From Octopus sinensis (taxonomy: Eukaryota), in assembly GCF_006345805.1 (NCBI RefSeq), contig NC_043016.1, positions 4,836,001 to 4,900,000 on the forward strand: a DNA stretch of 64,000 nucleotides, written 5' to 3'. Positions 52,627-64,000 of the stretch are shown here, piece after piece. The translations under genes and the position numbers were made by a program. The stretch's first letter is position 1, and every line of letters starts with the position of its first letter. The notes beneath the pieces were generated by a model. That model had not been told where the DNA came from, did not search any database, and worked only from the letters and a program-made list of their open reading frames with translations.

Positions 52627-52897
52627 TTTTATATATTTATACGATTTAAACACTGAGAGATGTTCATTTTAAGTACATCTAATTTGAATGTCTTTTTCCT
52701 GTGTACTCGGAAGTAATATTCCCTAATAATAATAATAATAATAATAATAATATATATATATATATATTATATATCCATATATATATATATATAATATATA
52801 TATATATATTTATATTATATATATACATATATATATGTATATATATATAATATATATATATATATATAATATATATATATATGTATATATGTGTATG

Positions 52898-52965
<68 letters not shown>

Positions 52966-53108
52966 ATATTAAACCTAAATACCTAAATATATAAACGCTC
53001 TCTCAAAGACGTACATACAGAAAGGGAGAGGGGGAGGGGAAGAAATAAATAAAGAAAGAAAGAAATAAAAGAAATTACCACTTCCCTAAAGGACATAGAA
53101 GAGACACT

Positions 53109-53370
53109 TTGATTAAAAACACAGGAAACAAAAATAAATATATAAATTCTAATGCCAAAACCCCAAAACAGGAAGCTGGAAATGAAACTCGAAGCGCCAC
53201 CAGATTTTATATACATGGTGTCTGCAGGCATGGAGAGATGGCTACAAACTGCCGCTTTGCTCACCCTAAGCGCAGAAAGAGAAGCACCCAAGCTAGCATT
53301 TAGTCCATACTTAACCAACAGGGCAGAAAGAAAGAAAAAAACATCCGAAGCTCATAACCTATGAAATACC
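53109..53370 (+). pseudogene. LINE ORF1 fragment with degenerate CCCH zinc finger
   Basis: (T)RFYIHGVCRHGEMATNCRFAHPK, with the first Cys lost. Confidence 0.55.
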
Positions 53371-53421
53371 AGCAGTAAAAAGATACATTGCATATGCCAT
53401 CTGCATTCACAAAAATAAATA

Positions 53422-53494
<73 letters not shown>

Positions 53495-53496
<2 letters not shown>

Positions 53497-53883
53497 GAAT
53501 CTAGAAATAGAAATCAGCAAAATGTGGAACCTGAAGACTAAAACAGTACCTGTTGTCATAGGTGCCCTGGGAATGATAGCAAAAGGGGCTGATTTCTACC
53601 TGACTCAGATACCAGGAAACCCAAAAATGGCAGAAATTCAAAAGATTGTGCTCATGGGAACTGCTCATATCCTACGCAAAATACTTTCTATGTAATCTCA
53701 AGTTTTAAGACAAACATAATTTTCGTATGGTTTTTTAGGCATTCACTAGTACAACACTAAATACAAAACCAAATATATGTCACCCTAGACACAACACCAA
53801 CACGAACTTCCAACCTGTTGTCTCTTGAGGTCTCTGGGTGAGACTTGGAGCCAACTTATGCAAATGTAAAGCAAAAGTCAAAC

Positions 53884-53885
<2 letters not shown>
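53495..53885 (+). mobile_element. R4/Dong-like RLE LINE 3' end within (AAT)n
   Basis: KNLEIEISKMWNLKTKTVPVVIGALG..EIQKIVLMGTAHILRKILS* plus 3' UTR; (AAT)n on both flanks; a similar decayed coding piece lies at about 61800-61870 on the minus strand. Confidence 0.75.
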
Positions 53886-53943
<58 letters not shown>

Positions 53944-53954
53944 TGATGATAATA

Positions 53955-54412
53955 AGGCTACAGCAAATATTCTGCTCAATACCACAGATTTGCTTGTCAG
54001 TTGTTCGACCTTAACCAGTTGAGCATGTCCCTTGGTGGCTGACGATATGTGTATCTCTGATCACGAGCAGAAGTAGTGGGGGAGCATCATAGCCATGTGT
54101 TGAGAGGGATTCTTTGGGGTTTGAATAATTCATCTCTGGAAACATGGGTGGTTCTTTCAACATCCTTAAACAACCCTTATTCGGGGACCTTTTGAGCGGG
54201 ATGGGCTACTCAACCTGAAGAAAATTCTAACTGGGCCCCACCTGCAAGGTCATGTGCTGTTTATCTTAATATTAGATCATCATGTCATGCACATATGGTT
54301 GTGATGCATGTGCCTGGTGTACCCTTATCAGACAGTTAGTCATGATGGGTATATTGGGCTTCGTATATTTTACCCCAGTGTCACTTTGATGGCATGCACT
54401 GCTCTCTCACTC
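53955..54412 (+). mobile_element. Non-coding repeat of about 460 bp inserted in (AAT)n
   Basis: Ends ctctctcactc|aataataat; reverse-complement copy at 61188-61575. Confidence 0.75.
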
Positions 54413-54450
<38 letters not shown>

Positions 54451-54649
54451 CAATAAGTGTATGCAGAAGCAGTGCAATCTGCAGCAGTCGACTAAATAAT
54501 TATTTAAAGTGTACCACAAGAGAAAGTGCAGCAGCAGCTGTCACGGTTACAAATCAAATCGAGATAAAGAACGGCAGACAAAATACCGCTAAGCATTTCG
54601 CCCGGCGTGCTAACGTTTCTGCCAGCTCGCCGCCTTATAATAATGTACA

Positions 54650-55571
54650 CAAATATTCTTCCTGTTTGCGATTCCATTCATTCGCATTGTCACTAATGCC
54701 AGGATCAGAAAGGTCATCATTCTGAAAACAGGCACCCATAAATGAATTAAATACTCTGTACATGCTATTATTATAAGGATACACCCTTATAATATTAGGG
54801 TAATGTGTGACTTTCCCTTCTTGAAGAAAATTAAACTCCAAATCTTGAAAGTCCTCTTGGATGTTTGATATGAAAGAGTGCTGCGGTAATTTCTAGTAAG
54901 TGGGACTAATCCTAATACCGTCAAAAAGGAATGGACCAATTAATCCTTTTGATGATAATCCGAACCAGACTGTAAACTCCTGCAAATTAATATGATATTT
55001 CTCCATAATATTCGGACCATCAGGTCTCTTGTAGGTGCAGCTGTAGTGGCTAATTGATCCATTTAATTTAAATTAGCTCTTTCACGTTCTACGCACCTTA
55101 CTATATACCACTCGCAAAACTCGACTCCTTGGTCCCAATTGTCTCGATTGAGAGCACAAATTATTCCTGAAATATAAGTTTTACTATGATGGCACTTCGA
55201 AATGCGACGGATGCTTGATTTTGATGCTTCTATCTTACGATTGCCACTTGTTGCTTTGTAGAGATCATCGATGTTAGCGGTCTTCCAGAACTTTTTATGT
55301 GGACATTCCAAACAGTTCCATCTGTTTCAAACTCATCTCTAATCCGAGTGACTCTAAATTGCATAGGTGAATCTGTTTGAAATTCCCTTCTAAAACTGTC
55401 CCTGCACTTTGATTGCGTTTTCAAATTTTTCGAAGCACTTTACATAAATGTCCTTTGTTCAAAACTTAGCCTGATTCCTTTCTTTATTTGGACTGGGTTA
55501 AGTTTGGAACGAAATTAAAATTGATCTATCTGCTGTTAGATTGTGTATACACTCTTTTGGTACATCCTGTA
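54650..55571 (-). mobile_element. Tc1/mariner-superfamily transposon remnant
   Basis: TIR-like TACAGGATGTACC next to TA; RLSFEQR..KCFEKFENA..QFRREF..RIRDEFETDGTV, VEFCEW and FTVWFGLSSKGLIGPFLFDG..FLQEG. Confidence 0.85.
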
Positions 55572-55749
55572 TATATAAATGAGTGTATGTGCGTATACGA
55601 TGTACTGAAAACATAACTGCATAACTGCGTTTTACTTTTAACCTTTTAAGTTTTCTTTTAAGCATTTCTCTATAATTTTCTTGTCATTTCTTTATCAGTA
55701 AAGTCCTTAAATCTATCATCAAGCTTTTGCAATAAAAAAACTGTTTTTC

Positions 55750-55785
<36 letters not shown>

Positions 55786-56869
55786 TATATACACAGTTTA
55801 CTAAAGGCATACACTAAAAATAATCAAAATACTGTTGTAGAGTCTAAATATCTTATTCAAGCGAAATGCTCTAAAGATGGCTATAATATATATTATATTA
55901 TATTATATTATATTATATTATATTATTATATTATATTATATATTGCTAGAAAACAACTTCTTCCCCAAAAAGTTTAATGACAGCATTATAATATATTTCA
56001 TGACATTTAAAAAAGAATGTAATGTTTTTTTAAAAATCACCTGTATACTTTAAAATCTGTCTTAAGTAATTCTCAAAGATCTTCAAATATATCCTTTCTG
56101 CAAAAGGCACAAGGCCTGAAACTTGTGGGGAGGGGATTAGTCGATGACATCGACCCCAGTGTTTCACAGGTACTTAATTTTTTACCCAAAAGCATGAAAG
56201 GCATAGTCTATCTCGGCAGGATTTGAACTCAGAAGATAGCGGCAGATGAAATACCTATTTCTTTACTACCCACAAGGGGCTAAACACAGAGAGGACAAAC
56301 AAGGACAGACAAACGGATTAAGTCGATTATATCGACCTCAGCGTGTAACTGGTACTTATTTAATCGACCCCGAAAGGATGAAAGGCTAAGTCGACCTCGG
56401 CGGAATTTGAACTCAGAACATAGCGACAGATGAAACACCGCTAAGCATTTCACCTGGCGTGCTAACGATTCTGCCAGCTCGTCACCTTCATAGACTCTAA
56501 AATGTGTGTGTGTGTGTGTACATGTATGTGTGAATCTGTATATCTATACACACAATTACATTACGAAAGACAGAGGAATAAATAGAGTACTGTACTTTCA
56601 ATCAAGCACACTATCGGATCTGACAGTGTAAAATACTTCTACGCTATAAATATACTCTATAATACAGTAAATTCAAAATCGAACTTACCATGGGTGGTGA
56701 TCAGGTGTTGTCGATATGCTGTGATTTTCGAAATCCGTTAAAGGGAGGTTCGTAGTACCTAGATATGAGTGTGTGTATGTGTGTGTGTGTATCTGTGTGT
56801 ACGTGTATATATATATATATATGCATATATGTACATATTTACATATATATATATATTCTCTCTTTTCTC

Positions 56870-57272
56870 ATTTACTTGTTTCAGTCATTTGACTGCGGCC
56901 ATGCTGGAGCACCGTCTTTAGTCTAGCAAATCGACCCCGGGACTTATTCTTTGTAACCCCAGAACTTATTCTATCGGGCTCTTTTGCCGAACCGCTAAGT
57001 GACGGGGACGTAAACACACCAGCATCGGTTGTCAAGCAATGTACAAAAGTATAAACACAGATACACAAACATACACACACATACATATAGATGTATATAC
57101 ATATATACGACAGGCTACTTTCAGTTTCCGTCTAACAAATCCACTCACAAGGCTTTGGTCGGCTCGAAGTTATAGTAGAAGACACTTGCCCAAGGTGCCA
57201 CGCAGTGGGACTGAACCCGGAACCATGTGGTTGGTTAGGAAGCTACTTACCACACAGCCACTCCTGCGCCTA
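56870..57272 (-). mobile_element. Family A SINE, full length
   Basis: Intact head shows the uninterrupted target ..gg(t)taggaagctacttaccacacagcc. Confidence 0.9.
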
Positions 57273-57523
57273 TATATATATATGTGTGTGTGTGTGAGTA
57301 TGTGTGTATATATATACACATATATATATATACATATATATACATACATATATATACACATATATCTATATACATAACATATATATATGTATGTATATGC
57401 ATCCTTGTATAAACAAACACACACACATATATGTATATGTATATGGACATTAAACAATGATGACGATGATGATGCATGTTGTATAAACACATGCACACAC
57501 ATACGTATGTTGTATATATATAT

Positions 57524-58030
57524 GCACACAAACACATATATACACACACATACATGTGCATTGCACACAAACACATATATACACACACATACATGTACAT
57601 TGCACACAAACACATATATACACACACATACATGTGCATTGCACACAAACACATATATACACACACATACATGTGCATTGCACACAAACACAGATATACA
57701 CACACATACATGTGCATTGCACACAAACACATATATACACACACATACATGTGCATTGCACACAAACACATATATACACACACATACATGTGCATTGCAC
57801 ACAAACACATATATACACACACATACATGTGCATTGCACACACACACATATATACACACACATACATGTGCATTGCACACAAACACATATATACACACAC
57901 ATACATGTGCATTGCACACAAACACATATATACACACACATACATGTGCATTGCACACAAACACATATATACACACACATACATGTACATTGCACACAAA
58001 CACATATATACACACACATACATGTGCATT
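57524..58030. repeat. 39-bp minisatellite, 13 units
   Basis: Unit gcacacaaacacatatatacacacacatacatgtgcatt; 13 x 39 = 507 bp. Confidence 0.95.
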
Positions 58031-58053
58031 GCACACACACACACACATATGCA

Positions 58054-58092
<39 letters not shown>

Positions 58093-58397
58093 AATGCACA
58101 TAATAACATTGTTATAGTTCAATATGGAATTAATGAATGCAGAATACAATTGCGTATATCACAACTGAGATATTTTGCGTAATATAAGACAAATGAGTTG
58201 AAAATTGTTTGGTGTGTGTCACAGTGCCATTTCTTTCATGAGCTTGCCCCCACTAATTCTAAAACCCAGTTGCACCTCTGGTGTACATATGTATGCATCA
58301 TGTAAGTGTGTGCATATATTTATATATATATATATATATATATACGTATGTATATATATATACATATATATAGGTATGTATGTATGTATGTATTTAT

Positions 58398-58630
58398 ATA
58401 TATATATATAGATATATAGTTAATCCAAACATGAAAACACAAAGAGAAAACACAACGCGAGGACGTGGAACAAGTATAATATTATTGGACGCTCAGGAAA
58501 TGAAAGAAAGAAGGAGGGTTTAACGTTTCGAGCGGAGCTCTTCGTTAGAAACATAGGAAAAGGAAAGATTCAAAGAAGGGAAGACGGAGGAAAAAAAATC
58601 GCCAACGGTACACACGCAGTCAAATTTTGC
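58398..58630 (-). mobile_element. Second copy of the 5736-5933 element; hammerhead core decayed (CTAACGA, 58518-58552)
   Basis: Collinear reverse complement; stem II here is GAGC(tcc)GCTC. Confidence 0.75.
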
Positions 58631-58774
58631 ATACTTAGCATATTTATATATATATATACATACTCACGCACACATTCACACACACACATACACAAGCATC
58701 TATAAATGCACAGGTATGCTTACACACATCCGTGCATTCAGATGCATACATACATTCTTACATGCATGTATATT

Positions 58775-59128
58775 TCTATATATATAAAACTGAAGTTGTG
58801 TGGTGTGTCTCCTACGATTTAGATTCCTAACTACTCCCACATTTTGTGATGCAGTTTAACCAAAACCGGGTATCTTATAGTCGTGATTCATATCGAGCCC
58901 TTCTGGGTATTAGCGCGCGTCTACGATGAGTCTACGATTTAAAAAAAAATTTACCATCATTTTTTCCATTTTTAATGCATTTTTTTGCTATTATATAAGG
59001 GAAGTAACTCTCTAAAAATGTCTACGATAAGTCTGCGATTTAAAAAAATTTATCATCATTTTTTTCGATTTTTAAGTAACTCTCTAAAAATGCTTATATA
59101 GTTATTTCCGTTATATATATACTGCTAG
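58775..59128 (+). mobile_element. Non-autonomous Helitron-like element
   Basis: 5' TCTATATATATAAAACTG, 3' GCTAG|T, no TSD; subterminal hairpin not evident. Confidence 0.5.
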
Positions 59129-59129
59129 T

Positions 59130-59160
<31 letters not shown>

Positions 59161-59439
59161 CATACATTTCCAAAAACAAAGTTAATATATTCCATTTTTT
59201 TCATTTCAACAACAGAAACCACATAAACAGAAGGAAGTTTCAAAACAGTTTTCAAAACAGTTTACATACAAAAATACATTTTGTTAATTATTGAAAGAAA
59301 CACAGATGCATTTGAAATACATAGGATAACCTGCAATATATATATATATATAAATCCTCTGTTTCTTAAATTTAAAATATACTTTATGGACTAGTAAAAA
59401 CTATCTAAATAAAAAAAAAATATTATTTATTGAATTAGT

Positions 59440-61070
59440 TGTGTTAGATTTTACTTTTATGTAAAATGTATCAAGGTTGATTTCTTTGGCTCTTTAGATA
59501 GGCCCCTAATTTTTGCAATAGTAATTCAGTGCTGCATTTGTCAAAGTCTGAATTGCTTTCATTAAGGACAAGTTATTTGATAAGGTATAAAGTCTTTCCA
59601 CAAGTTATCTGGTACTAAATCTGTTTGTAGAGGAGTGTTTTTTCTTTGCTATCTGACCTAAACATTTGTGGTTTTGTTAACCCCTTAAGGTCATCATTGG
59701 TAAAAGTCTCATTATCAGCATATAATAAATCTTGAATATCACCTGTATCAACTCTTTCAAATCCCACTTCCTGTATCATTTTCGCAAGATTACTTCCAAT
59801 CTCTATCGCATAGTCTTCTTTATCTGCCTTTGGACGTTTTTTCTTTGAACCCTAGTAAGGCTTGTATAATAATTTCTGAATGACAGTCAGATGTTTATCA
59901 TGAATCATTGCAACGAAGTGATATTTTCTTATATAAAATTCTTATATGTGGCTGTGTGGTAAGTAGCTTGCTAACCAACCACATGGTTCCGGGTTCAGTC
60001 CCACAGCGTGGCATCTTGGGCGAGTGTCTTCTGCTATAGCCCCGGGCCGACCAAAGCCTTGTGAGTGGATTTGGTAGACGGAAACTGAAAGAAGCCTGTC
60101 GTATATATGTATATATATATATATGTATGTGTGTATATGTTTGTGTGTTTGTGTTTGTCCCCCTAGCATTGCTTGACAACAGATGCTGGTGTGTTTACGT
60201 CCCCGTCACATAGCGGTTCGGCAAAAGAGACCGATAGAATAAATACTGGGCTTACAAAGAATAAGTCCCGGGGTCGATTTGCTCGACTAAAGGCGGTGCT
60301 CCAGCATGGCCGCAGTCAAATGACTGAAACAAGTAAAAGAGTAAAAGAGTATATGATGTACATCAGAAACCGAAATAATTTTTTGATTAATTGGATATAT
60401 CAATAAAGTCTTATTTATTGGTATGAAAATTACTTTATTTAATTGTACAAGTGTTTGTATTTAAATTGAGATTTGAAGGTTGAGCAGGAGCATTGCTTGA
60501 AAAGCAAAATATTCTTCTGAAAGAGATTTTGATAACAAAATAGAAACGTTCAATGAACCATTCAGCAAACAAATTCAGTTAAGCTAAAACTATTCCATAA
60601 GATTTTCTTATAACAGGCAAACTCAATATGGATTTACCTTCCATTTCTCTTGGACACATCAGAATGATGAATAAATAATGACTTGAGTACTAATTCTCCA
60701 ATAACATTTACTTTTATGTTTATTTCTACAAATATATGTGATAATCTTCCTTTGTTTTAGATTATGGTACCTTTATTTTTTTTAAACTCCTATAGGATGA
60801 AAGTTTTGCAGGATAATTGCTTCCAAAATTGTCCACATTTGTCTACATTAGAATCTAATTTTTTTCAGATATTTACCTCTTTTTAAGAAGAAAAAACTTT
60901 TGAACTGAATTTCAATGCACCTTAAAACAGTTGCAGATTCTCTTGTTCAAATGCTAAAAAGACTGGACTTTTTCCTGAACTTTTTAAACCATTCTCAAGA
61001 ATGAGTGACTTCAACAATACGTTTTGAGCTGATTCAACAGTATTTTCTTTTACTCTGGTTATAAGCCTTT
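59440..61070 (-). pseudogene. Tigger/pogo transposase remnant, split by a SINE
   Basis: WFKKFRKK, (N)VDKCGQFWKQL, LFIHHS, FAEWF, ILL..NAP and C-terminal LAKMIQEVGFERVDTGDIQDLL..FTNDDL. Confidence 0.75.
59947..60350 (+). mobile_element. Family A SINE, full length
   Basis: A/B-box head, internal microsatellite, gtaaaagag tail. Confidence 0.9.
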
Positions 61071-61146
61071 GAAATTTAGCTCAGATACTTATGATTATGT
61101 GACAAGAAGGGATAATGAGTACAGTGAACTATCATTATTATTATCA

Positions 61147-61187
<41 letters not shown>

Positions 61188-61575
61188 GAGTGAGAGAGCA
61201 GTGCATGCCATCAAAGTGACACTAGGGTAAAATATACAAAGCCCAGTATACCCATCATGACTACCCGTTTGATAAGGGTACACAAGGCACATGCATCACA
61301 ACCATATGTGAATGACATGGTGATCTCATATTAAGATAAACAGTGCATGACCTTGCAGGTGGGGCCCAGTTAGAATTTTTTTCAGGTTGAGTAGCCCATC
61401 CCACTCAAAAGGTCCCTGAACAAGGATTGCTTGAGGATGTTGAACAAAACACCTATGTTTCCAAAGGTGACTTATCCAAACCTCTAAGAATCCTTTGAAC
61501 ACACGGCTATGATGCTCCCCCACTACTTCTGCTCATGATCAGAGATAACATATTGTCAGCCACTAGGGACATGGT
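61188..61575 (-). mobile_element. Second copy of the (AAT)n-inserted repeat
   Basis: Reverse complement of 53955-54412, flanked by (ATT)n. Confidence 0.75.
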
Positions 61576-63613
61576 CATTATTATTATCATTTACTCTCAT
61601 TATTATTATTACTTATTATATTATTATTATGATTACATTTTTGATCCTTCTTTCTTCAAATTTCTTCCGTTCTCGCCAAGTGTTTTCCGTACACCTAGGC
61701 AGAGAAGCTCATTGTATGCATCCCAGATACACACGCAAATTCACAGGAAATATGCATTAAAAATTAATGAATAAATAAATTCATGGATGAATGTTGTTTT
61801 CACAGCGATAATGCTCTTCTCAGTACATGAAGCCGTTCCAGTTAACATGATTTTTTGCACTTCCTGTGGGGATGGTATTATTATTATTATTTTTTTTTTT
61901 ATTATTAGTTGCTGTTGTATTTAAAAAATAAAATCTAAGAAATTGTAACGCAAGCGGAATAATGTAGTATGAGCAAACATTTCAATATGTATAGGAAAGC
62001 CTATCAAAGATTGCCAAAAGAACAAAGACCAACGAAATCCATGTTTGTGAAAATTATCATCGTTCAGAGCAAAGATAAAATCTTTGAACAATCTACAAAT
62101 ATAGGAGTTATTCTTTTGGATAAGCTTTCTGGTCCATTAGCTGAAAATTTATTTTTGATGGAGAGGAAAATTTTCCTTCAAACAGTAGTGGCACCATTTA
62201 CCTAGCTCCTTCAAAAGCAGTGGTTAAGGCAAGAGATAGGTTGGAACCAAAGGAGAGGCTCAGTTTAGTATTTATATCTGAAATATTTGCCAAATTTTCT
62301 ATATCTAACATATCATTGTCTTTAATAAAACCCAGATAAACGGAAAGGACATTGAGATATGTAGTCCCAGAGACACAATGCATGAATGAATGACATAGCA
62401 TTTTTGATCAGGTGTTCTGAATCGGGGCTGGTCTAGGTGCTACACAGCAACCACTTCAACATCAAGGTAGAAGTATTAGACATAATGCATTTCTAGATAC
62501 CTTCTCCTACCTTCTTTCTCCTTCCCATCTTCCTCTTCCTTCTCCTTATCACCACCACCACCACTGTACCACTGCTGCTGCTGTGACAACCACCACCACC
62601 ACCATCATCATCGTTGTTGTCATCATCATTATCGTTATCCATAGAGCAGACTTTGTCTTGGCCATACTCAATAAGGACAAACTTATTTAAATCTGGTTCT
62701 TTCTTTGGTTTTAACAGTCTACCTGAAAGAGGCTACTCCACTATGAAGTTGGAGTAAATAGGATTTTGCACTCAGAACACACAGCACTCCTATCTAACAC
62801 TCTAACAAATCCACCAAACATGATCTCTGCTGTGGTACCATTTCTTGATACTTTATTTACCAACCCTGGAAGGGTGAAAGGCAAAGCTGACCATAGTAGA
62901 AGTTGAACTGAGAACACTGAGAGTCAAAACAAATAGCCAGAACATTGCCAATTAACCACTACTATATCTGAATAAAGCTTGAATGGTTAGTCATGGCTGG
63001 AAAGTATTTTGAACATAGGTTTGCTAGATCTCAACTGATCTGATGTAAAATCAAAATTACTTCATCAATACAAAGGAAGAAGACTCTTCCATCGGATAAT
63101 GCCATCCTAGGTATGTTACGTGTACGTTAAGATAGGAAGCAAGGACATGGGTAGAACATCTTTGAGCATAGGTCAGCATGATTGGATCAGACCTAGGGTT
63201 CAACAACAACAACATCTAACTTTCTTTTATATTTCATTTTCCATGTCAATTTACTAGCAAACGAAGGACTTAATTACATTTGTAGATTGCAAATAATTCT
63301 AATTTATTTATCTAAAGAATTATTTACAGTGAGAATTATAAGCATATGCAGGAGGAAGTAGGAATCCCTAAAATAAATAATTAGAATGTGAAAGGAAAGG
63401 AGAAGCATTGTTTTTTTTTGTTTTTGTTTTTGTTTTTTCCATCAGTGGTGGCAGATCTATGTAAGTAGGTAGTTATTACAGTATGTATATGTGTGTGTAT
63501 ATATGTAAGTATGCATGCATTCAAGTACTGTATATGAATATATGTGTTTGTGTGTGTGTGTGTGTGTATATATTATTATATATATATATATGCATGCATG
63601 TATTTATGTATGT

Positions 63614-63713
63614 NNNNNNNNNNNNNNNNNNNNNNNNNNNNNNNNNNNNNNNNNNNNNNNNNNNNNNNNNNNNNNNNNNNNNNNNNNNNNNNNNNNNNNN
63701 NNNNNNNNNNNNN
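63614..63713. other. Assembly gap (100 N)
   Basis: Run of N. Confidence 1.
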
Positions 63714-64000
63714 GCACGTATGTACAAAGCCAGATTCAAATTGCCCCAAAACACCCCATAAGCACGATATGGTGAAAAAAACACCGCAGTGAATATAGTG
63801 ACGACTTATATGTGCTCTGATATATTCAACTGATGACGGCAAAGCTTATTCGAAGCAAAGCTAGAATCAAGATCTTGAATTATTCAGTAATATCTTTTTG
63901 CTAGTCTATTTTGTCCCTCTGTTTTATCTCATGGTGCGATTATGAACATTTAAGGTGGTTTTTAGAGTCAGGGATTGACTGCTATTTCGGCATGGTGGTG

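Noticed and set aside
51495-52633. Polinton/Maverick AGTAGT termini for the foldback element
   Set aside because: Only one end reads AGTAGT, the symmetry extends into the flanking TA tract, and there is no 6-bp TSD.
56689-56758. Strong ATG|GTAAGT donor on the minus strand
   Set aside because: The putative acceptor lies against a microsatellite, the peptide is unrecognisable, and a single splice motif is expected by chance.
57524-58030. CRISPR-like regular array
   Set aside because: Contiguous units with no unique spacers; eukaryotic context, no cas genes.
5089-58182. Long ORFs of MYVC/HTYI/YI/CV type in the ORF track
   Set aside because: They are translations of (TATG)n, (TA)n, (CA)n and the 39-mer repeat; open in several frames on both strands.
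61969-62205. Plus-strand 78-aa ORF
   Set aside because: No recognisable motif, and its length is within chance expectation.
63829-63870. CTGATGA as a hammerhead core
   Set aside because: No stem II closed by GAAA and no stem III or stem I partner.

Overview
Repeat-dense eukaryotic genomic DNA, most likely from an octopus (inferred from the SINE, microsatellite and Penelope landscape, not from a database hit), with a 100-N gap at 63614-63713. No intact protein-coding gene, rRNA, true tRNA or CRISPR array is supported; nearly all listed ORFs are microsatellite read-throughs. The window is a mosaic of decayed mobile elements: tRNA-derived SINEs, a GG-ended MITE with 8-bp TSDs and TTAGGG repeats, Penelope, CR1-like, RTE, Tx1/L1, Hero-like and R4/Dong-like LINE remnants, mariner/Tc1/Tigger remnants and Helitron-like elements. 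Best leads: (1) a 2.0-kb ORF1(gag)-only Tx1/L1-type retroelement with no ORF2, inserted with a 15-bp TSD into the tRNA-like head of a SINE (31705-33723); (2) seven minimal type I hammerhead-ribozyme motifs from several small repeat families, with four different catalytic cores (canonical, U4C twice, A6U twice, G3-C8 swap) plus one decayed copy; (3) several rearrangement footprints, namely a tandem duplication with a chimeric SINE, an inverted duplication with a deletion junction, and templated perfect palindromes.
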